Shown here one piece after another: positions 12,648 through 20,679 of a stretch of DNA of 24,000 nucleotides. The notes beneath the pieces were generated by a model. The model saw only the letters and a program-made list of their open reading frames with translations. It ran no database searches and had not been told where the DNA came from. The position numbers were made by a program, and so were the translations under genes. Origin of the DNA: Terasakiispira papahanaumokuakeensis (GTDB taxonomy: Bacteria > Pseudomonadota > Gammaproteobacteria > Pseudomonadales > Halomonadaceae); assembly GCF_001709345.1 (NCBI RefSeq), contig NZ_MDTQ01000001.1, positions 3,626,970-3,650,969 of the forward strand, given 5' to 3'. Every line of letters starts with the position of its first letter. The first letter of the stretch is position 1.

Positions 12648-14101
12648 TACGGGTTCTCCTTTTGATCATTTAAGTCGTGGTTTGACGGGGTTGAAGTGTT
12701 TATTTGATGCGATGATGACGCGACGGGCGTATGGGTTGCGAGTGACCATGTCGGAGTCGGGATCGGCTCGTCTTCGCTCTTGTACTCAACGGGCCCTCGA
12801 CCGGCCATACGGATGAGGTAGCGAATACCGCTGCCAAAAACACCGAGATAAATCAGTGTGATGACAATGAACGTTGTCAGAATGGTCGTGAAAGAATGAG
12901 GGGAGACCGCATCGGTTGTGCGCATCAGCCCATAGACAACCCAGGGCTGTCGGCCCATCTCTGTCGTAATCCACCCGGCTAGCAAGGCCACTAAGCCCAT
13001 CGGGCCCATGAAAAACGTTATGCGTAGAAATATACGATTACGATAAAGCGCATCACGATAGCGCAGCCCTAATGCCCACAGGGATAGCAACAATATAAGC
13101 ATGCCGATCCCCACCATGATTCGGAAACTCCAGAATACTGCCGTGACATTCGGTCTATCTGAGGGGGAGACATCTTTTAAGGCGGGAATTTGTCCGTGCC
13201 ATGAGTGGGTCAGAATTAAGCTGGCAAGATGCGGAATGCTCAGTTCAAAATGATTTTTCTCCGCATCGTTATCAGGCCATGCGAACAGAATCAGCGGAAC
13301 CGCTTGGCCGGGCTCGTTTTCCCAGTGGGCTTCAATGGCTGCTAGTTTAGTGGGTTGGTACTCCAACGTATTCAAACCATGGGCATCGCCCACCAACACT
13401 TGTAAAGGCATTGCAATCAACAGCATCCACATGGCCATCGACAGCATGAGCTTATTGGTCTTGGTGTGTTGGTTTTTGAGTAAGTGCCAAGCCCCCGTCG
13501 CGCCGACCATGAGCGCCGTACAGAGATAAGCCGCAATGACCATATGCACTAATCGGTAAGGAAATGACGGGTTGAAAATAACCTTGAACCAATCGACTGG
13601 GACCACATGGCCGTTGACGATGGCGTGACCTTGTGGGGTTTGCATCCAACTATTGGAAGCGAGTATCCAAGTGGCTGAGATTAAGGTGCCGATTGCGACC
13701 ATCACGGTGGCAAAGTAATGCAAGCGAGGACTTACTCGGCCCCAGCCAAAGAGCATGACTCCGAGGAAGCCTGCTTCTAAAAAGAAAGCGGTTAAGACCT
13801 CATAAGTGAGCAGTGGCCCTGTGATAGAACCTGCAAAAGTGGAGAAGAATCCCCAATTGGTGCCAAATTGATAGGCCATCACTAAGCCCGAAACGACGCC
13901 CATACCAAAATTAACGGCAAAAATTTTGCTCCAAAAATGGTAGAGATCTCGATAAGCCGAATCTTGCTTCCACAGCCATAAGCCTTCCAATACCGCCAGG
14001 TAAGAAGCCAGCCCGATGGTGATGGCAGGGAAGATAATATGAAAGGAGACAGTAAAACCAAACTGGGCACGTGCCAGCTCCAGCGCACTCAGCATTGTCA
14101 T
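12647..14101 (-). CDS. cydA: Cytochrome bd-type ubiquinol oxidase subunit I (short Q-loop, CioA-like)
   Basis: The 484-aa protein has LARAQFGFTVSFHIIFP (haem b558 His), RLVHMVIAAY (His) and TEMGRQPWVVYGLMRT (the GRQPW box with Met ligand). The region between GDAHGL and the next TM helix is short, as in cyanide-insensitive CIO enzymes. Confidence 0.93.
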   Translation of the reverse strand: MTMLSALELARAQFGFTVSFHIIFPAITIGLASYLAVLEGLWLWKQDSAYRDLYHFWSKIFAVNFGMGVVSGLVMAYQFGTNWGFFSTFAGSITGPLLTYEVLTAFFLEAGFLGVMLFGWGRVSPRLHYFATVMVAIGTLISATWILASNSWMQTPQGHAIVNGHVVPVDWFKVIFNPSFPYRLVHMVIAAYLCTALMVGATGAWHLLKNQHTKTNKLMLSMAMWMLLIAMPLQVLVGDAHGLNTLEYQPTKLAAIEAHWENEPGQAVPLILFAWPDNDAEKNHFELSIPHLASLILTHSWHGQIPALKDVSPSDRPNVTAVFWSFRIMVGIGMLILLLSLWALGLRYRDALYRNRIFLRITFFMGPMGLVALLAGWITTEMGRQPWVVYGLMRTTDAVSPHSFTTILTTFIVITLIYLGVFGSGIRYLIRMAGRGPVEYKSEDEPIPTPTWSLATHTPVASSSHQINTSTPSNHDLNDQKENP

Positions 14102-14330
14102 GATCTGTGCCTCTCAGGTGACCTCAGATCAAGCCTGTATCCGAATATTCGCTTATTCATATCAGCCCCTCATTGATTGGACGAAATGTCATTTGTTGAG
14201 TTGGGCATGAGCTTGAGGCCGTTTGTGATATAAGAACAGGCACTGTTTTTTAAATTTTTATAGGAACAGATGTGGTCTGGCTCATCATCCGTTGAACCAC
14301 TCGCACTGTGAGAGGGGATTAGAAGACGCG

Positions 14331-15746
14331 ATGCCTCAAGTAAAAGATCAAGGTCATTACCGATATCGACAGTTGGCCAAGCAGATTCGTGATGATATTC
14401 AACAAGGGCGCTGGCAGCCGGGCGATCAAATTCCTTCGGTACGTCATTTGATGGCTTCGCATCAGGTGTCTCGAGCGACCGTGTTGCATGCGCTACAACT
14501 GTTAGAACAAGAGGCCCTTGTTCTAGCACGCCCTCGGCGCGGTTATTTTGTGAACTCTCCTGTGCCTGAGTTCCACCCATCCGCTAGCCCGCCTGTGGTG
14601 GCGCCGCGTCTTTTCGATATTGATGATGTGGTTCAGGATGTGATGCGTCATGGCGCGGTATTTGATCTTTATCCTCAAGCCGCCATGCCGGAAGGGGGCG
14701 ATAAGTGGGTTCCTGATACACTTCAGCGCGCCTTGGGAAGAGCATTACGCCAACAGAAAGAGCGTATTCACGCCTACTATGATGAGCCAGAAGGCCATTA
14801 TGAATTACGTGATGTGATTGCGCAGCGCTTGCGTTATCAAGGGTGCCAAACGGTGGCCGATGATGTGGTCATGACGCAAGGCTGCCAACATGCCCTGTTA
14901 CTGGCACTGCAAAGCTGTACCCAGGCAGGTGATACCGTGGCGGTGGAAAGCCCCGGCTATTTCGGGACTTTGCAATTGCTTCAAGCATTGGGATTACGGG
15001 TCATTGAACTGCCTTGTCATGCCGATACGGGGCTGGACATGGACGCCTTGGCCGATGCCCTTCAACATTGGCCGATCAAAGCACTGGTGATTTCGCCCAG
15101 TTACGCGACCCCACTGGGAAGTTGTGTACCGTTATCTGCACGTTATCGTTTGGCTGAATTGGCTCGACGACACGAGATGATGATCGTTGAAGATCATATC
15201 TACATGGAATTAGGCTGGAGCGATGAACCTCGGCCACCGATGCTCTCTTTGGTGCCCGAGCGCGTGATTCTGTGCAGCTCATTTTCTAAAAGTCTATCGC
15301 GTGCATTACGTCTTGGCTGGGTTATCGGCCCAAGCGTTCACTCACACCTCTTACACCTGAAACATATTACGGTGCTATCGGGTAATCGTTTTATTGAGCA
15401 AGGCATGGCGGATTTTATTCAGTCGGGTGAATATGATCGTCATCTACGACGGTTCACACATCAACTTCACTTGCAGAAAAATGCGTTGCTGAGATTACTG
15501 CACCAACATTACCCCGAGACACAGTTCAGCCATCCACAAGGCGGACTATGCCTCTGGTGGCGGCTTGAGCGCAATGTTGATACCTTGTCGCTTTATCACC
15601 AAGCCCGCCAACACGGTATTGTGATTACACCGGGGATCATGTTTACCACCCAAGCCCTTTACCACCAATGTTTGCGTTTGAGCTTCGCTCACCCATGGAC
15701 ACTGGAACGGCGTCGGGCACTGCTGCAATTGAAGCAATGGATGTAA
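14331..15746 (+). CDS. MocR/GabR/PdxR-subfamily GntR transcriptional regulator fused to a PLP-dependent aminotransferase-fold domain
   Basis: The N-terminal winged HTH reads YRQLAKQIRDDIQQGRWQPGDQIPSVRHLMASHQVSRATVLHALQLLEQEALV. A fold-type-I aminotransferase-like domain of about 350 aa follows, with the PLP-lysine context CSSFSKSLSRALRLGW. The track ORF starts at TTG 14292. ATG 14331 is preferred but not certain. Confidence 0.88.
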   Translation: MPQVKDQGHYRYRQLAKQIRDDIQQGRWQPGDQIPSVRHLMASHQVSRATVLHALQLLEQEALVLARPRRGYFVNSPVPEFHPSASPPVVAPRLFDIDDVVQDVMRHGAVFDLYPQAAMPEGGDKWVPDTLQRALGRALRQQKERIHAYYDEPEGHYELRDVIAQRLRYQGCQTVADDVVMTQGCQHALLLALQSCTQAGDTVAVESPGYFGTLQLLQALGLRVIELPCHADTGLDMDALADALQHWPIKALVISPSYATPLGSCVPLSARYRLAELARRHEMMIVEDHIYMELGWSDEPRPPMLSLVPERVILCSSFSKSLSRALRLGWVIGPSVHSHLLHLKHITVLSGNRFIEQGMADFIQSGEYDRHLRRFTHQLHLQKNALLRLLHQHYPETQFSHPQGGLCLWWRLERNVDTLSLYHQARQHGIVITPGIMFTTQALYHQCLRLSFAHPWTLERRRALLQLKQWM

Positions 15747-15924
15747 GGCTCTGCTTGGTTACCAAACTGCGTATCACTGGCCGATTGAGCGTGTTCCTGC
15801 GCATACCTACTGCTTAACCCGTTAACGTCACCAAAATGTCCAGTTTTCCCCTTCAACGGTATCTGGCTTTGCCATCATCATCCCTGCGACCCATAGCCAG
15901 TGATCGCGAGTGTTTTAAGTTATC

Positions 15925-16014
15925 TATAATGACATATCAAAATCTATTTATGATATGCAATAACTAATCAATTTTGTGTTTATTGGATTGGGGTGATATG
16001 TTTTTGCATATAAT
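15925..16014 (+). promoter_or_regulatory. AT-rich hipB promoter region with a repeated TGATATG/CATATCA half-site (candidate HipB operators)
   Basis: TATAAT occurs at 15925-15930 and again at 16009-16014, the latter 33 nt upstream of the hipB ATG. One inverted repeat is CATATCA (15933-15939), N11, TGATATG (15951-15957). A second is TGATATG (15994-16000), N6, CATATAA (16007-16013), which overlaps the proximal -10. Confidence 0.4.
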
Positions 16015-16046
16015 TAATCTTCGGTGATGCATTAAGGCGTATCGAA

Positions 16047-16373
16047 ATGAGCTATGTCGCAGAGCAGATACTAGAAAGCCTTCGAGACGCTCGGGTGCGA
16101 AAGGGGTTTAGCCAGAGAGAGCTCAGTGCGCGTTCGGGTGTGCCGCAAAGTCACATCTCAAAGATCGAGTCGGGTAGCGTTGACCTAAGGATCTCTAGCT
16201 TGATTGCATTGGCCCGCGTACTCGACTTAGAGCTGTTTGTTGCGCCGAGGAAGTCTGTTCCTGCGATTCAGTCGATCATTCGAAATAGCCAAAATGTAAA
16301 CCACAATGGTCTCGACGATGACGGTGAGCAAGTGTCGCCTGCATACCGGTTAGATGGAGACGATGATGACTAA
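16047..16373 (+). CDS. hipB: XRE-family HTH antitoxin, HipB-like
   Basis: The 108-aa protein has the HTH segment GFSQRELSARSGVPQSHISKIESGSVDLRISSLIALARVLDLEL and an acidic tail (DGDDDD). Its stop at 16371-16373 overlaps the start of the HipA-like ORF, which is typical toxin-antitoxin coupling. Confidence 0.85.
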   Translation: MSYVAEQILESLRDARVRKGFSQRELSARSGVPQSHISKIESGSVDLRISSLIALARVLDLELFVAPRKSVPAIQSIIRNSQNVNHNGLDDDGEQVSPAYRLDGDDDD

Positions 16374-16887
16374 CGATGTCTCTACGCTCAACGTTTTACT
16401 CTATGGCGAACCCATTGCAACCATCACCAATGTGGGTCATGACAGAACGCTATTTGCCTTTATGGATTCGTACATTAATGACGAATCACGGCCTGTGTTA
16501 GGGCTTGGTTTTAAAGATTCGCTAGGTGGCTTGCTGACCCACTTCAAACCCACCCAAACCAAGTTAACCCCGTTTTTCTCCAACCTTTTGCCCGAAGAAA
16601 CGATGCGTAATTACCTGGCGGAGCGTGCCGGTGTGAACCCCACGCGGGAGTTTTTTCTATTGTGGGTGCTAGGGCAGGATTTAGCAGGCGCGATCACCGT
16701 TGAACCGGCTGATGGTGAAGCGTTGTCGCCTAATGTGCATCAAGAGATTGGTGATGAAACGAAAATTGAAGCACCCATGCGATTTTCATTGGCGGGGGTG
16801 CAGTTGAAGTTTTCCGCGGTGCAACAGGCAAACGGCAAGAAGAGGACATTAAAGAGTTTACGCGTCGACTGGTGTTCAATACGTTAA
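16354..16887 (+). pseudogene. hipA: HipA-family Ser/Thr kinase toxin, N-terminal fragment (reading frame lost near 16835-16845)
   Basis: It has the HipA N-terminal coupling-domain pattern (TLNVLLYGEPIATI ... LTPFFSNLLPEETMRNYL ... LLWVLGQDLAGAITV) and the Gly-rich loop motif FSLAGVQLKFS. It then runs into 17 unrelated residues and a stop. The likely true start is ATG 16366, with GGAG at 16357-16360. Confidence 0.75.
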
Positions 16888-17234
16888 TCGGCAATGCTGA
16901 TATGCATCTGAAGAATTGGTCGGTGATCTACAAAGACAAACGCACTGCATCGATTGCACCTGCTTATGACTTTGTCTCGACTATTCCCTATATCCCTGAT
17001 GACAGCGCGTCGCTGAAGGTGAGTCGTAGTAAGCAATTTAGTGATTTCACGTTCGATGAATTATCACACTTAGCCGCTAAAGCCATGCTGCCAGAAAAAT
17101 TGGTGTTAGATACTGCCAAGCAAACCGTAGCAGGCTTTCATGAGGTATGGGCGCAAGAAAAAGCCCACTTGCCTCTTACTCAATCGATGATTACAGCCAT
17201 TGAAACGCACTTACGCAGTATACCGCTGCGCTAA
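16872..17234 (+). pseudogene. hipA: HipA-family kinase toxin, C-terminal fragment in a different frame
   Basis: This frame is open from 16770 and reads ...EEDIKEFTRRLVFNTLIGNADMHLKNWSVIY ... IAPAYDFVST (catalytic-loop and Mg-binding Asp motifs of the HipA C-terminal domain). Only about 25 codons separate the Gly-rich loop from the catalytic loop. In E. coli HipA that distance is about 160 residues, so the ATP-binding core is deleted. Confidence 0.75.
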
Positions 17235-17308
17235 AATGAGATCCGACGCGTACAAAAATGCAGAGGCGTCGGCCATATCGATCAAGACATTCTTGGACGG
17301 GTAACTTT

Positions 17309-17356
17309 CTACCCAAGGACCTATCTACCCAAGAACCTATCTACCCAAGAACCTAT
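17309..17356. repeat. Three tandem copies of a 16-bp unit, CTACCCAAGRACCTAT
   Basis: The copies are at 17309-17324 (G variant), 17325-17340 and 17341-17356. The last two are identical and the first differs at one base. The array lies between the convergent hipA remnant and yicC. The yicC stop codon (17353-17355) lies inside the third copy. Confidence 0.9.
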
Positions 17357-18216
17357 TCAATATTCTGAATCTGTTCGCGCATTTGTTCGATCAGGACTTT
17401 TAAATCGACGGCGGCTTGGGTGATGTCGGTAGAGAGGGCTTTGGAGCCTAGTGTGTTGGCTTCACGATTGAATTCTTGCATTAGGAAGTCTAGGCGGCGA
17501 CCGCAGGGACCTGATGATTTTAATGCGCGTTGGGCTTCTTTAACGTGGGTTTTCAGGCGGTCAAGTTCTTCATCAACGTCGGCTTTTTGGGCCAGGATGA
17601 GCACTTCTTGTTCAAGACGGCCGTCATCCAGTTCAATCGCCATATCCAAGGCTTTTTGTTTGAGCTGGGCGCGGTAGCGCTGGAGGGCTTCAGGCAGATA
17701 GTCGCCCACCTGTTCGACGATGTCTAAGATTTGCGTGAGGCGCTGTTCAATGTGGGCGACCAGTGAATTCCCTTCACGACGTCGGTGCTCGATCAGTTCT
17801 TCTAGCGTGTCATTGAACAAGCTCAACGCGGTTTGCCTGAGTTCATCAGGGTCGACTTGGGCGGATTGCATCACGCCAGGCCATTGAAGTAACCGCATGA
17901 TGTCCAACGGTGCACTGACATCCAGGCGTTGTTGGAGCTGCTCTGCAGTGCCGATCACTTGATTCAAAAGCGGTTCGTTCAGCTCTAATGTGGCTTGTTG
18001 ATCTGCTGGGGTGAAACGCAGTGAAATATCAACTTTACCGCGGGCAAGCTTCTGACGGAGTCGCTCTCTCAGGGTCGGTTCAAGGGCGCGCAGGGTATCG
18101 GGCAGTCGGAAGTGAGGCTCAAGATAGCGCTGATTGACTGAGCGAATTTCCCAGCTCAGTGTGCCCCATTCTTGTTGAGCTTCTTGTCGGGCAAATGCGG
18201 TCATACTCAAAGCCAT
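17353..18216 (-). CDS. yicC: YicC-family stress-induced protein (endoribonuclease YicC)
   Basis: The 287-aa protein begins SMTAFARQE..WG.LSWEIRSVNQRYLEPHFRLPD. The C-terminus GRRLDFLMQEFNREANTLGSKA ... LKVLIEQMREQIQNIE is nearly identical in pattern to E. coli YicC. Confidence 0.93.
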   Translation of the reverse strand: MALSMTAFARQEAQQEWGTLSWEIRSVNQRYLEPHFRLPDTLRALEPTLRERLRQKLARGKVDISLRFTPADQQATLELNEPLLNQVIGTAEQLQQRLDVSAPLDIMRLLQWPGVMQSAQVDPDELRQTALSLFNDTLEELIEHRRREGNSLVAHIEQRLTQILDIVEQVGDYLPEALQRYRAQLKQKALDMAIELDDGRLEQEVLILAQKADVDEELDRLKTHVKEAQRALKSSGPCGRRLDFLMQEFNREANTLGSKALSTDITQAAVDLKVLIEQMREQIQNIE

Positions 18217-18543
18217 GGGGCATCCTCGTCTATCGGTCGATCAGCGGGTTGGGGGCGCTTGCGCGTGAGTGCTCCATGTTACCCCGGTTCTAGTACCTAA
18301 TAAACACTGTGAACTTCCCATGACCCTCCAATCAATGGGTGTTTTTATCTGGCTAAATACCCTCAAATGGGCTTAACTGGTGATGATGTATGCCTGATGA
18401 AAGTCACTGGCTCATCTAATAACAATTAACTGACACAATAAATTGACTGACACCAAACAGGTACCGAATTTCAGGGGAGCCCTGAGGTATAAATTTCTCA
18501 TCCAGGATGGAGCCTTGAAGTATTGGCCTGTTGAGGGGGCTTA

Positions 18544-20580
18544 ATGCGAGAAAGCTCGATTGCGTTTCGACATAGTTTGAAAGGTCGGATTTTCATCTAT
18601 TTGATGGGGCCGACAGTGCTCATTATGGCGGCCATTATTGCGCTGATGGCTGTTAATGAATATTACAATGAAATTCGTAATGCCGAAGCCGCCATGAAAA
18701 CGGCTGTCGCGAATACGGCTCAAACGATTGATAGCCAAAATGATGAGGCTATTCAAACCGCGCGTATTATGGCATTGGCGCAACAATCGGCCCTATTTGG
18801 TAAGCGCGAAGACTCTCTTCAATTTGCGCAGCAAGTACTGCAACATAATCCCCAATTTACGGGTGCCTATTTTGGTTATGAGCCTAATGCCGATGGCCAA
18901 GACGCCGCCAGTGCTCAAGCGCCCAATATGCAAGGCGCCGTGAATGAGCAAGGCCGTTTCCTGCCTTATTGGTATCGTGACAATGGCTTAGCACTCACCC
19001 CGTTGGTTGATATGGAAACCAGCCTTTATTACGACGGTGTGAAGCGTTTATTTAAATCATCCGGTACCCCTCAGGGGTTAGTGACCGAGCCCTATGAATA
19101 TCAGGGTGTCATGATCGTTGAGCAAACGTTTCCGATTGTCATTGATGGCCAGTTTAAAGGCATTGCGGGTGTTGACCGTACTTTGGATAGCATTGAAACG
19201 TTACTGAGTGATCTGAAGGCATTAACAGGCAGTGATTTGTTTTTAGTCAGTCGCAAAGGCTATTTTATTGCATCAACATTGGATTCAGCGTCACTGAACA
19301 CTAAAGCGGTCAGTGACACACCTTATGCTGATTTAATGGGGCCTTTGTTGAAAAACCGCAGTGCCCAATTGATCTTACGAGATGATCCTATCAGTGAAGG
19401 GCATTTTTATTATGCGTCACAGCCGATTGCTGTCGGCGATTGGTTATTGATCCAACGCGAGGATCGGGCCGACATTATGGCGCCGATTATTCGCTCAGTC
19501 CGTAACTCCATCATTATGGCGGTGATCGGCTTATTGGTGATCGGTACCTTGGCCTTCTTATTTGTCCGCGCTATCAGTCAACGAATTAATAAGGCTGTTG
19601 AGAAAGCACGCTATGTGGCTGCTGGGAATGTCGAGGGGCTTTCGGTGGACCAGACTGCACCGCGTGATGAGATTGATGTACTCACTCATGGGCTTGACCG
19701 GGTCGTGAGTTCTTATCAAGAAATTAGTCGGTTGTGTCAGGCGATTGCCGCTGGAGACTTTAGTGCCCGAATGGAGAAGCGTTCTGAGCAAGACACGGTG
19801 GCTGAGGCCATCAATATGATGTCGGCGCGACGTCGGGCGATGGAAGACTCGATGAGGGAACATACCGAGCAGATCGTTTCTAATACTCAGACGCAAAGTC
19901 AGGAAATTGACAATGTTGCGGCGGCCACCAATCAAATGACACAAACCATTGGTGAGGTGGCCGGACTGGCTGCTCAGTCAGCGCATAATGCTCAAGCCGC
20001 TGTTGATTCGGTTGAGCAAGTTAACCAGCTTTTGGCGACCGCTGTGGATGAAGTGCGGACTTTGGCCCAAGACATGGGTGAGATTAATACCGCAGTGACG
20101 GAAGTTGCAGACAGTACGGACAATATCAATCGCATTATTGAGGTGATCACGGCGATTGCAGAGCAAACCAATCTGCTGGCATTGAATGCGGCGATCGAGG
20201 CTGCTCGAGCGGGTGAGCAGGGGCGTGGCTTTGCTGTTGTGGCTGATGAAGTGCGGAGTTTAGCGGCGAAAACACGGGCTTCAACGGATGAAATCGGTGG
20301 CTTGATCACGCAATTAAGTGAAGATGTGAAAAAAGCAGTGTCTGGCGTTGAGCGTGGGCGTGAGCGCGCTGAGCGCACAGTCACTTCAACCGAGGAAGGT
20401 TTCACCGCCCTGTCTGCTGTGGTCGAGCGTGTGGATGAAATCAGTAGCCATATGAACCAGGTGGCGACTGCCGTAGAAGAGCAAAGTGCAACCTGTGATG
20501 AAATTAACCATAACCTGACCTCCGTGCGCGATGCGGCAGAGTCGTTGGCTTCTTTTGCCCAAGAAGAAAGACGTCATTAA
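18544..20580 (+). CDS. Methyl-accepting chemotaxis protein with a periplasmic Cache-type sensor, HAMP and MCP signalling domain
   Basis: The protein is 678 aa. TM1 is [22 protein letters not shown]. The periplasmic region of about 280 aa has a Cache-like segment ([10 protein letters not shown] ... [33 protein letters not shown]). TM2 ([19 protein letters not shown]) and a HAMP domain follow. The highly conserved signalling hairpin reads [38 protein letters not shown]. Confidence 0.93.
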   Translation: MRESSIAFRHSLKGRIFIYLMGPTVLIMAAIIALMAVNEYYNEIRNAEAAMKTAVANTAQTIDSQNDEAIQTARIMALAQQSALFGKREDSLQFAQQVLQHNPQFTGAYFGYEPNADGQDAASAQAPNMQGAVNEQGRFLPYWYRDNGLALTPLVDMETSLYYDGVKRLFKSSGTPQGLVTEPYEYQGVMIVEQTFPIVIDGQFKGIAGVDRTLDSIETLLSDLKALTGSDLFLVSRKGYFIASTLDSASLNTKAVSDTPYADLMGPLLKNRSAQLILRDDPISEGHFYYASQPIAVGDWLLIQREDRADIMAPIIRSVRNSIIMAVIGLLVIGTLAFLFVRAISQRINKAVEKARYVAAGNVEGLSVDQTAPRDEIDVLTHGLDRVVSSYQEISRLCQAIAAGDFSARMEKRSEQDTVAEAINMMSARRRAMEDSMREHTEQIVSNTQTQSQEIDNVAAATNQMTQTIGEVAGLAAQSAHNAQAAVDSVEQVNQLLATAVDEVRTLAQDMGEINTAVTEVADSTDNINRIIEVITAIAEQTNLLALNAAIEAARAGEQGRGFAVVADEVRSLAAKTRASTDEIGGLITQLSEDVKKAVSGVERGRERAERTVTSTEEGFTALSAVVERVDEISSHMNQVATAVEEQSATCDEINHNLTSVRDAAESLASFAQEERRH

Positions 20581-20610
20581 AAGCACGCATGCACCGCCGC
20601 CTTAGTAGGT

Positions 20611-20640
20611 TTGTCGGGGGTGCATGCGCGTGCGTATAAT
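20611..20640 (+). promoter_or_regulatory. Candidate sigma70 promoter for rph
   Basis: TTGTCG (20611-20616), N18, TATAAT (20635-20640), placed 40 nt upstream of the rph ATG. This is pattern match only, and it overlaps the right arm of the hairpin at 20583-20633. Confidence 0.3.
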
Positions 20641-20679
20641 CCACGTTTTAATGATTGGACTAAATCCCCAGGAGCCAGC

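Noticed and set aside
14170-14580. 136-aa minus-strand ORF spanning the cydA-mocR intergenic region and the start of the MocR gene
   Set aside because: It overlaps the conserved wHTH-coding part of the regulator on the opposite strand. It has no recognisable domain or RBS, so it is most likely spurious.
15773-15904. 9-bp inverted repeat, ATCACTGGC (15773-15781) with GCCAGTGAT (15896-15904), flanking 114 bp downstream of the MocR gene, considered as possible MITE or IS ends
   Set aside because: A 9-bp match at this distance is not improbable by chance in a 300-bp region. There is no target-site duplication and no further arm similarity.
16354-17234. The two HipA-like ORFs as a functional split system (HipS/HipT-like tripartite HipBST) or as a programmed ribosomal frameshift
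   Set aside because: In HipBST the small HipS corresponds only to the N-terminal subdomain, and HipT keeps the complete kinase core. Here the second piece lacks the ATP-binding half. Even fusing the frames would give about 290 aa with roughly 130 core residues missing. Decay is therefore the simpler explanation.
17243-17272. CCGACGC ... GCGTCGG hairpin after the hipA remnant as its terminator
   Set aside because: The stem is only 7 bp, the loop is 16 nt and no T-tract follows. This is weak evidence.
18328-18350. CCCAT ... ATGGG hairpin followed by TGTTTTTAT in the yicC-MCP spacer
   Set aside because: The stem is only 5 bp with a 13-nt loop, and no upstream plus-strand gene exists for it to terminate.
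18439-18470. Possible sigma28 (FliA) promoter, TAAA ... CCGAA, upstream of the MCP
   Set aside because: The spacing between TAAA (18439-18442) and the CCGAA-like element (18463-18469) is about 20 nt, not the consensus 15. The -10 is also a poor match to GCCGATAA.
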